A stretch of 63,942 nt of DNA, filler included, from Trypethelium eluteriae (GCA_051942245.1; 3 parts of 3 records of this genome joined end to end with filler, not necessarily neighbours in it), one strand, 5' to 3'. Positions 12,227 to 23,677 are shown, numbered from the whole stretch's first letter. The notes: generated by a model not told the origin, from the sequence alone. Translations and numbers: made by a program.

Positions 12227-13712
12227 ATGACGAGCTCACCACCAGAAACATCTCCAAGTCGAGAAGAAATCGCTCGCGGTGTCCAGCAACTTCGTCGTGG
12301 CCTGTCCAAAGGCGGCTGGGCACCGATCACGCCTCGACAGTTCACAAGTTTACAGGACCCAGGAATCAAAGGTGCTGCTTGGGTTAGTCGCGTTACATAC
12401 GACCGTCCTAGCGAAGATGATATGGCGCGAGTCTTACAGAAAGCTATCTGTGAGTTGAGTGGTGATACTGAAGTATTTACGATGCCCCGAATTGCATCTA
12501 TCGAGGCACAGTGGATCGGCTGGAGGGAAAATACCGCTAGCGATACGCCGGGATCATCATACACGGAACAAGAGAATTTTTCTAGACTCTGCGAAGACGC
12601 AAAAAGTGATAAGGTGATCTTCTATTGCTACGGAGGCACATTCATGTGAGTGATCCTTGACCACTTTTTATTGCCCGTATCTCCAGCAGCGTCGGCTACT
12701 CGTTTCTACAGCCTCCAGTTAATGTATTGGAAGGTTCAACGGGCCTCATACTGCTCGAGCAACTTGTGCTTCTCTGGCTCGCCTGACAGGCGGAAAGTGC
12801 TACACGGTTCGTTACCGTCTAGCACCGCAGCATCCATTCCCGACAGCCCTCCTTGATGTCCTTCATGGCTATCTCACTCTCCTATACCCACCCACAGGCT
12901 CCCTCCATACTCCCGTCTCTCCATCAAACATCATCTTCGCCGGTGATTCCGCCGGCGGGAACCTCGCCGTAGCCCTGACTCAGACCCTTCTCTCCTTCCA
13001 ACGCACTTCATCGACTCGGCGCATCAACTTCCACTCCGCGGCCGTCCCACTTCCCCTCCCAGCGGCGCTGACCATCGTCTCTCCTGCGCTCGATCAACTG
13101 CTGTGCCTTCCATCCTGGTACGCCAACGCCGCCAATGATATATTTGAAGACGAGCTCCCTGCGACACTTCCCTCATTCCCCTCCTGCTCTGCCTGGCCAT
13201 CCACACCTCCCCGTGAACACCCGTACGGCCCCGCCAGAACCCTACTACATCCTCTTGCGAGCCCCTGTACCACACCGCCGGAAAAGTGGCGGGGGTGTCC
13301 GCCGCTGTGGATTGCAGCGGGAGGAGGGGAGCGGCTCCTTGACGTGGCGAAGGTGTTGGCACGAGATGTGAAGGATCAAGGTGGGTTCGTGGAGTATGTA
13401 CAGTATGAGGGTATGCCGCATCTCTGGCCGTTTGTGTTCAAAGGATGGTGGCAGAGTCGAAATGTCACAGGCAGGTGGGGCGAAGCTTGCGTGAGGCTGA
13501 GTAGGCAGTCATTACATCATAAGTCAACTGAGCTCGGCGACGAGAATTGTATGGCAGTTGTTGTGGGGGTCGACGGGAGAACGAAAAGTCTTGAATGGAA
13601 ATCCTTTTCTACGCCGGTTTGGAAGCAGATCGTGGAGCTTATGGAGACAAAAGCCGCAGCCATGAAGGTATATGAGGGTCAGAAAGGGAAAGGCCGAAGT
13701 TCGGTGTTGTGA
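12227..13712 (+). CDS. Alpha/beta hydrolase (HSL-like esterase/acetyl-hydrolase); exons 12227-12645, 12734-13712
   Basis: The spliced product reads FYCYGGTFM-FNGP...VRYRLAPQHPFPTALLD...IIFAGDSAGGNL...YEGMPHLW. Intron 12646-12733 is GTGAGT...AAG. Confidence 0.88.
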
Positions 13713-14505
13713 GGCTGTCGGAAACATCCGTGCCGTATGCAATAACAAATGATAATGCTGTCAAGAGACCATGGGAACCTAACCATTCTAAGATCCACGA
13801 AAGGGTACAGTCAAGATTTGGTTCTGCACTCCGCTATCCACTGCACAGTAGGAGAGAAAGTACCCAACTGGCTCTACAGCTCTTCGCTTATAGAGGTCAT
13901 CCCTGACCTAATCGACGAACGGTTTAGTTTTCAAGCTAACCTGGTAATTTTCGACTAGCCAAACCGGTTGACTATCAGGGAGTGATGACTTGATAATCTA
14001 AGAGCTCATTCAATGAAGCTTGTACGTAAGCCTGATATAGCTCGTTCGATATGCCGCTAACTTCGCCTAAGGTCTAAGGTAGACGCTGTTTGGCGAAGGA
14101 ACTAGCTTCAACGCATAGCTTTACCTATTGGGGCGCTCGGAGGATCTGGCGTGTATAGCGTTTCTGGAGCTATGCGCTTTGTGGTTTAGACGGTGAGCTC
14201 AGTGCGGGGAGCGTTATCGACCTTGCGATTTTCGTTTTCTGCCACTTGCTTGGTGGAGGCCAAGTGCGTGGCATTGGACGAGGCTCGCTGCAAGGTCTTT
14301 TTGACGATGCAACCCAGGATTGGAGAAGCGAGTCTCAAGTATAGACCGGGGGTTTCTTAGTGAGAGTTCTCAGTCTTCCACCTAATGGCCTAGGAATAAG
14401 AATCCGTGAGTTCACCCTCTTCAATTGTATTCCTCCCTTTTTCTTCCTCGATGTAAAATTCAGATCTTGAGACCAAGTATCCTTTGTTCGCTACTGACAG
14501 TCAAT

Positions 14506-16082
14506 ATGTTTGCCCAAGCTCCGCAATCTAATACATCAAATTTTACCTGGTGTGCTTGGCCAAGCGAAAACTGCCAGCCAAGTGAATCAGAGTGGGAGTC
14601 GCAGCGACTTCATATTGAGCAATTCTACAGAGAACATACTTTACAGGATCTCGTAGAACATATGGCCAGGGATCGAAGTTTCAAAGCTACGTAGGTCTGG
14701 CCGAAGGCATACTTTCAATATGGATCCGTGGCATACTAAATGATCGTGCCAGTGGACGAATGTACAAGACGAGGTTCAAGAAATGGGGTCTTCGAAAGAA
14801 AAATGGTGCAGCGGAGATGAAAGCCATTGCTCGTATCCTTCGCATTTCGCAGCAGTCTGGAGACACAGCCATATTTGAGTCCCATCGCAGATTGATAACT
14901 GCCGCAGAGCTGCAACGGTATCTAAAAAGAAAGCATTTGACGTTGGACGAGTTCATCGAGGGTCGGCCTGACCTATCTGAGCACGCGAACGTCTCTTTGC
15001 AAGCACCCAGGTATATTGGATCGTCTGCGGATTTTGATATCTTTGAACGCCTGCTGTACAATGTCGATGTCTACATCAGAGGTTCATTTGAAGTTAGCAG
15101 ACGCTGCATTATTAGCGAGAAGAATGGTATTGTAGAAGCATCGAGGGATACGCTAAATGCATCAAACGCAAACCTACGATCGGAAGCGCTGGACCTTGAA
15201 AACTTGGTGTTTTCGGCTCTTGGAGTCTCAGGCAATAATGGCATAGCGAATATGTCACGAGCCTGGGCCTGCGTCAGCAGAGAAATATCATCTATCGTCT
15301 CGAGACAAAATATTCATACATTCACCAGGCTATGTTACTTTACGCAAGGGCTTATGCTCAACGGCAAAGTCGGTATAGCTCATGCAATTTTGCGACAGCT
15401 TTCCAACTTGACTGCCGTCAAACAAGGGACAGCAAATCCAGGCAACCCTTTACTCCATCTTTATAAGGGTCTTCTTCTAGCAAACCCATCTGAGATTGAT
15501 CAACTCATTAACATACTACAGCTCAGAGTTGCTCATATCCTAGAAAATATTCTGGGTAGTATGCATGTCGAGTCGCTTAACCAACGGGCATTGCTGGCTC
15601 TGCACACTACGAGCAGGCGCGTCAGCCCTCTACAAGCGAGGGAGTTGCTCGAAAAATATCGAAAACTTGATCTCCCTATGGATCGTCGTTTCCTGCTGGT
15701 ATTTATGCAATATGTGCAGACTCTATTAAACCATAGGGAATACACTCTGCTCATCGAAGCGATGAGCTCCTACTCTAGATCTGTCGAGGACCAGCAGCGA
15801 AGCCTCCAGTTTCGAGAAGCATTTTACATGCATTCATGCTTAGCAATTGGTCATGACATGCTGAATGATACGGAATTGGCCGAGAGCGCGTATCAACAAG
15901 CTGTTGATTCCGCCCACAGATTCTATGAATCCGATGCGAGAGGTGCTGCGACTTACTTAAGGTGGTTCGAGACGAACTGGAGAGCGCATCAGAATCATTT
16001 ACGAACTCCCGAAATTCGGAAGCTGAGACAAAAAGCTGAAAACAAAGTTCTTGGACATTTCGACGGAACGATGAAAGAATGA
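14506..16082 (+). CDS. Clr5-domain protein; exons 14506-14690, 14753-16082
   Basis: Clr5 pattern EWESQRLHIEQFY...TLQDLVEHM...FKAT/GRMYKTRFKKWGLRK is split by an in-frame GT-AG intron. The C-terminus is helical, possibly TPR-like. Confidence 0.85.
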
Positions 16083-16743
16083 TGGGAGAGTCCTATATAG
16101 AAGAGGATGTAGCATGACCTGCGTTTGCAAACATGAAGAACAGAGCTGGTATCTTAGTGAGATGATGATCCGTTCTAAACCAGATCGATGCTTTGGTATC
16201 AATACTGGCGGGTAAGAAGGAGAGGAGAGAAAGGCATAACAAGATTCAGATTTGGAAAAGTATCTCGCTGAATTATGTAAAAGTTGGTAGTTCGGCTGGG
16301 ATTCGCAGGATGTTGATGCATATCTTTTGAAGCACCCAATTCGAAGGAGAATGAGAAGATTATGCCTCGATAAGAGCGCCCCGCAATGTAACAGCAGGTA
16401 GCGATGTAGCCCGCTAGAATGGAGGACCTTCGATCCGGATTCTCAATAGTAAAGAGACCATAGACGCAGAAATATATGTCAGATGGACACGGGTTGCTTG
16501 AAACCATCTGGGAAATGGAAGCTTCGATGGACCACTGACAATTAACGCCAACACGGAAAGAATTAACAACGTAGAGAAAGACTTCACACGACAATCAGCC
16601 CTAAAGAATTCCTATTCTTTTCAGATATTAAAACCCTACCTATGCCCCCGATCAAACATGTGTTCTTGTCGACGAGTCGACGCTTTCAAATACCACATTG
16701 GAACTACGCATCAGAGAGAGACGACCTAGCAACCAGCCAAGAG

Positions 16744-17784
16744 ATGACAACAGCCAAAGTCTCCTCTCCAAAGTCATCCATCACATTCACGAATCTACCC
16801 CCGGAGCTCCACCTCATGATCTACCGGCACCTGCTCCTCTCCCCCCACAGCATCGAGCTCTGGCCCAAACTCCCCAACCTCGCCCCCACAAACCAGCGCT
16901 ACCACGCGCAACCCAGCCGCGCCCGCGCCGCCCTACGCTCCACCCGCTCGCTGCACCCCTCCCTCCTGCGCGTCTCCCGCACGATCCACCGCCCCGCCGC
17001 CAGCGTGCTCTACAGCGAGAACGAGTTCCGATTCAGCGATCTCGACGGCTGGCTGGCGCTCAGCAGCTTCCTGCTGGGCATCGGCCCGGGGAACTGGCGG
17101 CTGCTGCGGCAGGTGGCCGTGCACGTGCCGCTGCCGGGGGTGCTGTACCAGTGCCCGAAGCATGTGTTCAGCGCCGAGTACGACGACGAGGTGGAGCTGG
17201 TGTGTCGGCGGGTGGAGGCGAGCGGGCTGCTGGCGCCGCCGGTCCGAAATCCGACGCTGGCGTTTGAGGACTGCTGTTGTGTTTTGAGGAAGGCGGGGGG
17301 GTTGCGGACGCTAAGGTTGGTGGTGCCGGGGGACTTTGATGCCAGGGATGAGTGGGCGTGGTATAGGACGGCGTTTCAGATGAGGGGGCCGCCGGAGAGG
17401 CTGACGGATTTTGTGAGGCGGAGGCTAGGGACTGGAGAGGTGGCTGCGTTGGGGATTGCGGAGTATGGAGAGGCGTATATTCGGCGATACGGGATAAGGA
17501 GTGTGTTGAGGAGGCTGCAGAGGGGGTTGCCGGAGCTGCAGATATCGTTGGTGGAGTTGGATAGCGAGGAGCCGGTTGATGTTGTTCGGCATTCGGCGCA
17601 GTGTCGACGAGGCCTCAGATGTCATAGGAGGAAGGCGGTGCAGAGACTGGCGGAACCGCCGTGGAAGAGTTATTACTCGAGAGTCCATCCGGATGGGAGG
17701 TACGATATCGAGCTGGACAGAGGTAGAGTTGGCGATGTGCTTGGCACTGGGCAAAAATGGTGCCACGACGTAGTTCTTGGATAA
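16744..17784 (+). CDS. Fungal F-box-like/DUF7730-type protein
   Basis: FTNLPPELHLMIYRHLL and LLRVSRTIHRPAASVLYSENEFRF are typical of this family. Single long GC-rich ORF; the start could instead be 16642. Confidence 0.72.
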   Translation: MTTAKVSSPKSSITFTNLPPELHLMIYRHLLLSPHSIELWPKLPNLAPTNQRYHAQPSRARAALRSTRSLHPSLLRVSRTIHRPAASVLYSENEFRFSDLDGWLALSSFLLGIGPGNWRLLRQVAVHVPLPGVLYQCPKHVFSAEYDDEVELVCRRVEASGLLAPPVRNPTLAFEDCCCVLRKAGGLRTLRLVVPGDFDARDEWAWYRTAFQMRGPPERLTDFVRRRLGTGEVAALGIAEYGEAYIRRYGIRSVLRRLQRGLPELQISLVELDSEEPVDVVRHSAQCRRGLRCHRRKAVQRLAEPPWKSYYSRVHPDGRYDIELDRGRVGDVLGTGQKWCHDVVLG

Positions 17785-18127
17785 ACTGACGGAGCCGTCG
17801 AGTGTTGTGAAGTGACTGGTCCAAAAATACGTGGTCATCCAGTATGTAGATCCTCAATACCAATGGAGTATGGTCATGGTTTTTTAAAAATGTTCTTGAT
17901 GCCTTGACTGGTACAATTGGCGGCCTAAGAGGAGAATTTGGAAACTGTACGCTAAGTAAAGCGCGTCTTAATCAGTCCATCCATCCTCTTGTACGGCCGC
18001 CACACCCATTTCTATCCTGACCATTTCCCTCAGAACTCTTTGGAGCGTGACTGCTTCAGCAGGCTTCCATCTGTCCATATCTCCCACCTTTTCCCTCTTC
18101 CAATTATGCCGCCATGATATTTCCATC

Positions 18128-18481
18128 TCAATTCTGATCCCTACCTCCCAACCCCGTTCCCCCAACCGGTAAATCCATCCCTACCCTTCTTGCCGTCAAC
18201 CTCACTCTCTCCTCCTCACTCATTCCCATCCCCGGGTTGTATCTTTCGATTAGCGTCACATACATCCTCTGTGCCTGCGTATACTGGACAAACTGTTCTG
18301 CTGCATCGGGCGACATTCCATGGGGTCCTTCCCCGGCACCGGCGGTGACATCGCGAATGCGTTGCTGGAGGGGAGAAGGGTGGGAGAGAATAGTTTTCGG
18401 GGGTGAGCGCGCAGGGAGTTCGCGGAGCAGTCGTCGGTAGAGGGAGCGGAGTTGGGGAGCGGAAGTTGCTGGTGCGGTCAT
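18128..18481 (-). CDS. FMC1: Mitochondrial ATP synthase assembly factor Fmc1 (LYR-motif)
   Basis: LRSLYRRLLREL, AQRMYVTLIERYNPG and EERVRLTARRVG. Confidence 0.87.
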   Translation of the reverse strand: MTAPATSAPQLRSLYRRLLRELPARSPPKTILSHPSPLQQRIRDVTAGAGEGPHGMSPDAAEQFVQYTQAQRMYVTLIERYNPGMGMSEEERVRLTARRVGMDLPVGGTGLGGRDQN

Positions 18482-18815
18482 GTTGGGAGTTACGGTGCTT
18501 CGATAGGGTTGCGGGTGTGAACGTGTGAACAGGAGATTGAGGTTGAAGTTAGCACGGTTAGGTCTTGGAGTAGGAAAAACGCGTCCGCGTACTTGACGTC
18601 ATGCACTTCCATTGGATGACCTTTCAGATGGAAAGATGCTCCGGATTATACTGCTGAACTTTACTACAAATTTCTCACTGCATTTAGAAGTTTCGTAGTC
18701 ATTGCATTATTTCTTAATCAGTGTTGTCCGAAGACCTTGGCATGCCGCTTCTGGTCACCCTTTGGTCTAATACCTGGTAGATATGTAAAAAAGCGCGTTT
18801 CATCCTATCGAAAGT

Positions 18816-20054
18816 TTACCTCTTGACGATGCCAGAGTCCTGAACAGCCAATGCGTACGTCCAACTTGTCTCCACTCCAAAGAAATCTGATCCGACCCAG
18901 CTACCTGTAAAACTTCCAAATGACTTATCCAAGATAGTGGTGAAGAGCGCACAGAATGTTCCCTGGGCAATTCCGTTCTTTTTCATCATGTAAGCGTTAA
19001 ACATATTCGCTGGCGAATATTTGCCAGACGAGTCGGCATGAGCATGATTGTAGCTTGTCTGAGCTTCCGCATACGCGGCGCAGATGGCGGGATCAAAGGG
19101 ACCAGGGAAGAAATTCGAGCCGAGATGCCAACCAGATGCACTGATGGCACCACCACAGTTGGTTGGCGGCTTCCAGCCTGGGCAAGAAGCGGGTGTGGTA
19201 GAATTCGTCTTTTCGTAACCATTGGAGGCTGCGATGACGACGTGAAAGTCGATACGGTACTGACCGTAGTTAATGGCCGCCGCTTTATCAATGCTGGAGC
19301 CCCAAAGAGCACACTTGTAGTTGGTGATAGCGTCGGGGTTGGGGCAGATATCCGCAGTGGGATTGACGGACGGGTCGCGCTCAACGTAGATGTCAAAGGA
19401 CGTGCAAAGAGTTGTATTATCACAATGTTGAGCGCAGAGATTGGTGTCGTAGGACTTAAGATTATAGTAACCAAGATAGCTGTTCGCTTCTACTGAAGCA
19501 TTGACGTTTCTGAAAGTGTTGACGTATCCACGAGGAGTCGGAGCAAGGAGGGCATCCAGAGTGAAGAGAACATTATGCTGAAATTCAGTGACGCTAAGAT
19601 TTCTGGGTCCGTATCCGGCTGGCTCGGCTTTGCAAGTAGTTGCGGTCGGAGGAGCTACCGTAGTGGCAGAATACCCTGATATACTCGAACTAGTCGATGC
19701 AGTAGGAGTGGAAACCGGACACGATGAAGATAAGGATGGTGTAGTATAGATAGAGGAAGAAGAGGTAGGCGCGCCGTACGATGCTGTGTCGGTCGATGCA
19801 CCTCGTTTTCCGTTTAGGACTGCAGTACCAGTGGAAGATGCAGAGGCAACTGTTGTAACGTCGGCGGTAGCAGAGGCTAAGGCGCTGGCAACGTCAAAAA
19901 CGCTGGTTTGATCTCCGCCAACCGGAGGTGGACCAAGTAGGCTAGGAGTGGGGGCATCGTAGATCAAGTTAAAGTCTGGCAATTGAGGAGTAGTGGCAGG
20001 CGCAGCAGCGGAGTATCCAGCGAGCAGCACTAAGGCTGCAACATATGAATGCAT
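18816..20054 (-). CDS. Secreted Ser/Thr-rich, Cys-rich protein with PAN/Apple-like domain(s)
   Basis: Signal peptide MHSYVAALVLLAGYSAA, dibasic LNGKR, S/T-rich linker, CAQHCDNTTLCTSFDIYVERDPS and CALWGS; intronless 412-aa ORF. Confidence 0.8.
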   Translation of the reverse strand: MHSYVAALVLLAGYSAAAPATTPQLPDFNLIYDAPTPSLLGPPPVGGDQTSVFDVASALASATADVTTVASASSTGTAVLNGKRGASTDTASYGAPTSSSSIYTTPSLSSSCPVSTPTASTSSSISGYSATTVAPPTATTCKAEPAGYGPRNLSVTEFQHNVLFTLDALLAPTPRGYVNTFRNVNASVEANSYLGYYNLKSYDTNLCAQHCDNTTLCTSFDIYVERDPSVNPTADICPNPDAITNYKCALWGSSIDKAAAINYGQYRIDFHVVIAASNGYEKTNSTTPASCPGWKPPTNCGGAISASGWHLGSNFFPGPFDPAICAAYAEAQTSYNHAHADSSGKYSPANMFNAYMMKKNGIAQGTFCALFTTILDKSFGSFTGSWVGSDFFGVETSWTYALAVQDSGIVKR

Positions 20055-21244
20055 AGTGGAAGATACAAGAGCGACCCCCTAAGCACAACTGTAGAAGGCT
20101 GTGAAAGTAGCAGAAGTCGTCGAGCAAGAGACTCAATATGGAGCAAAACAGTAACGAATGACGGGAAACTATGGCACAAAACTGCCTTGGATCTAAAGAG
20201 AGTCATCTGGAGGAATTGCGGCAAACTTATACACATCTCGGCACAAAGTGCCTAGCTTTCATCTCCATAAATCGATATTGAGCCACCACGACCATATGGT
20301 GTGCCTGTTCCTGTGCCGTTTATCTTCGATCTATGGCATCGAGCATGCTGCAAGGCTCTCGCACTATCGAATCGAGCCGCTCCTAGCATGGGGATATGTA
20401 GTTGGCGATGTTGACATCCGTGCGCCGGATCAGGCCTACCGGTGTGTTGTTGTCGAAGAGCAGCTTCCATCTTTATTGATCTCCATCTCAAGTTTTAATG
20501 AAGACCTGAAAGCGCTTTTCGAATGTCTTCGTGTGAATACAGAGAGATTTTCGAGAGCCCGAGCCTTCCGTGGCAGGTTGGATAGATATCAGTATCGTAG
20601 TGAATCAAAATCCTGACATTCAAGCGGCGGCTGGAAAGCAATGTCTGGCGCATCTCCATGGGGAACCCCTGATGCTTTCGGACGGTTTTGACGTCTCGGC
20701 GCATTTGTGGCACATGGTCCAGGCTGGATTAGGAAAAGCAAAGATCGAAAAGGGGCGTCGTTCCCTGGATGGTTCTGACTTCTTGGGATTTAACCTCCGT
20801 TTTCCCGGTGCGGTACCTGGCGATCCGGCTCCCACCGTTTAGCACATGGCCGGCTAAAATTATCCCGACAGGAGGATTTATTGACGCGACTCAACCAAAC
20901 GGGATGCCACGAGCAAGATGAAGGCAGCGTTGGGAAGCAGTTACCGAGGTACACACGCGGGTCCAGGTCCAAACTTCCATCTTGACATCTACAGCCAGCT
21001 ACATCATCACGCTGGGACATCTCTACCATGTCTATTATGTATTATCTTGCCGCTTGGGCCAAACCCAAACTAGCTCTTCAACGAACATCGAAAGGCTTCG
21101 AATTTCCTAATGCGTCAATGCCTATTATAGAAACAAAGACTGCCACATATCAGTATGTCGCCTGATAATTCTCGTAGATTGTCTGACCGCTGCGAAATGG
21201 GGTATCAGACTCCTCGCTGTGCGATGAGCTGCAAGCCCCCACAT

Positions 21245-22303
21245 CTAATGGTTAACGAAGACGCCAATATCCGGGACTCTAGAATTTCCGTATTCGTCGC
21301 ATTCCAGACCAGATGCGCTGAGAGCAGCCCATCGGATCGAATCGACCCCCAACTTTTTCCCCCTCTCAAGGGATTTCTCTGCACTGCAACAGAGGATAGT
21401 CTGCAGAGCTGTCGGTCTGCCTACCAACTTCTCCTGAACTGCTTCGCGTACTTGTCTTAATGTCTTCAATCCCCGGGCCAACTTCGCTTGTGAGGGCATT
21501 TTTGATTTGATGCCTAGAACCTTGTCGACTTTCGATAGAATAATCTGGTGAGGGACATTATTCTCGTGTAGGATGTCAAGCAGATCTGCGTCGGCGTTCT
21601 TCAAGCCATGCTCGGCATCGACCAGTAGAAAAGCTCTTCGCATCCTGAAAACATCATATTAGCCATCGATTCAGGGTGGCCGTATACGAACGTACTGTGT
21701 CCTTTTGCATAGATACTTTAAGATCTGCTCTCCCCATTCGCTTCTGCTGGCCTTGCCATATCCAGGCATGTCCACAATCACCAGTCCTCCTCGTCCTATC
21801 CATCTCTCGAGCTCTGGTTGCTCATCCTGTTGACCTTTTTTTGGTACCCTTTTTCTCTCCCGTAGTCCTCCACCCTCACCACCCACAGCAAAAACGTTCA
21901 TGGCACGCGTTCTCCCAGGCCTACTGCTTACATGAGCAAGATGCTGTGCGCTTCTGTTAAGCAGCGCGTTGAGCACCGATGACTTGCCAACATTGCTCCG
22001 GCCAAGGAACGCTACCTCCGGAGATGGCGACTTTTGGGGAAGCTCTCGGAGAAGCGAAGCAGAGAACAGGAAGCGCGGGTTGCCTGAGGCAAAGAAGCGG
22101 TCGGCATGCTTAAGCTCTAGAGTATTCGGAGCTCGAACATCGACGTAATGGTGGAGAGATTCTGTCACAAGAGATGAAGGTAAGATCTGCTCCGCAGTTG
22201 ACTCCGCATTCGATGAAAGCAGTCGAGCGCGACTTCGCCAGCTGGCCTGCAAGCGACGTATAGACTGTGTGAAGACATGATGTCGACGTGGAAAAAGTTC
22301 CAT
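21245..22303 (-). CDS. EngB/YihA-type GTPase (GTPBP8/Mrx8-like, probably mitochondrial); exons 22303-21696, 21644-21245
   Basis: [15 protein letters not shown] (G1), SSRPGRT (G2), DMPGYG (G3) and LSKVDK (G4). The N-terminus is Arg-rich like a presequence, and the intron is in frame. Confidence 0.9.
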
Positions 22304-22715
22304 GTGCTAACATCCAGTAAGAAGCTGTTGAGAGAACATCGTCCTCATGCAGTGTCTGCTCGTTCGCATCGGACCCTGGAGACTAGGACTAGGCCCCTGC
22401 TCCGAAGTCGTCATATCATCAATTTTTCGGCGCTCTGTCAGCTCCCTCGGCTTTCGCAGCCCAGAACTTCCGTTCACTGCAGGATGAAAAGCATCTAGTC
22501 TGGAGGATGGAGGTTGTCGGGGAACGAATTCTTGAGGCTTCCTCCATGGATATGTAAACTTTACTCAGCCTTATCAAATCGTTGACGCCTCCTCGTCTCG
22601 AGTACCCGTCCCATCTCCTCGTGTAAGAAAATCGCGGAGCTCTCTAAAATTTCTAAAGTCCACGACCTCTACCCAGATCTATTGTTGATCCTCGGCGTTC
22701 TGGAAGTCCACAGCA

Positions 22716-22831
22716 ATGCACTCTCATAAATTGGTCCCTGACGACCAAGTCAACGGCCTCCACGACCTCGCCCAAAAGCACAAATTCGACACCATCGAAG
22801 ACACCATCGCCTCCTTCGGTAAGCTCACCAC
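22716..22831 (+). CDS. RIB3: Partial: first exon of 3,4-dihydroxy-2-butanone-4-phosphate synthase, cut by assembly spacer
   Basis: MHSHKLVPDDQVNGLHDLAQKHKFDTIEDTIASF followed by a GTAAGC donor at 22819. FDTIEDTIASF matches the fungal Rib3 N-terminal motif; only 34 codons are visible. Confidence 0.7.
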
Positions 22832-22931
22832 NNNNNNNNNNNNNNNNNNNNNNNNNNNNNNNNNNNNNNNNNNNNTTAATTAATTAANNNNNNNNNNNNN
22901 NNNNNNNNNNNNNNNNNNNNNNNNNNNNNNN
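22832..22931. other. Artificial contig spacer (44 N + TTAATTAATTAA + 44 N)
   Basis: The 12-mer at 22876-22887 puts stops in all six frames, and an identical structure occurs at 45727-45826. Confidence 0.97.
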
Positions 22932-23338
22932 GTGCCGTTCCTGAGTGTGGGGTTATGGTCAGAAAGTTGCTGAGATGGGATGGAGGGGAGTTCGTTGGGG
23001 AAAGGAGGTTGTACCAGAGGCTTTGCGAGGCGGGGTCTTCCTCAGCTTCGTAGAGCGCGTTGGTTTTTCGGAGTGAGCCGAAGCTGTCCTTTAGATCGTA
23101 GATGAGGGCTCGGGGGGTATAGGTGTCGGCTCCATCTGCGCCAATGCCTGGTCTGAAGTGGATGTCGTGGTCGACGAGAGATTCATCCTGTCCACCGTAC
23201 GTGAAGTAAGATTCCTTAAGAGAAGGTGAGCATTCTCCTCGACATCCATGAAAGCTACACTTGTACCTGAATGTTCCAGAAATGAGTGGCGAGGTAATTA
23301 CTCTGCTGCCCGAGTTGTATGGTTAAGATTTCGTGCAT
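22932..23338 (-). CDS. DML1: Partial: 5' part of Misato/DML1 tubulin-like protein; exons 23338-23267, 23214-23015, 22940-gap
   Basis: The spliced translation is [30 protein letters not shown]...[43 protein letters not shown]. It is absent from the ORF track. Confidence 0.92.
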
Positions 23339-23677
23339 GACGATGCTCGTTGGCTTCCATAACGGGGCCGTCTTTTTATGCCCCGCACTACTCTATTTAA
23401 CCATAAGAATTACCTGTCACTACGATTGAGGCTTCCTACAACCACTGAGCGAGATAGCGGACAGCATTCCCGCTTTATACTAGATAATGTAGTGCTGATC
23501 ATAGCATAAATAAACTTTGGGAGTAAGATGTGATGTTGATAAGCCCCATACAACGTTGGCAATGTTTTGAAGTTCTGCTATTTCTTTATGTACAGACATG
23601 GATCTCACAATCCTGGAGATTATATCATGTATCCCTTGATCCAAGATGCCCTCACATCATTGCATTGTGCCTCCTTT

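Noticed and set aside
16698..17838. Long alternative-frame and antisense ORFs over the DUF7730-like gene (likewise over the ankyrin and BCAT genes)
   Set aside because: These are expected by-products of high GC content and show no recognisable motifs.
20250..21240. Cluster of short ORFs between the secreted protein and the GTPase
   Set aside because: No motif or consistent spliced frame found.
22876..22887. TTAATTAATTAA palindrome (also 45771-45782) as a biological site or TTAA transposon target
   Set aside because: It is centred in N runs and identical in both gaps, so it is an assembly linker.
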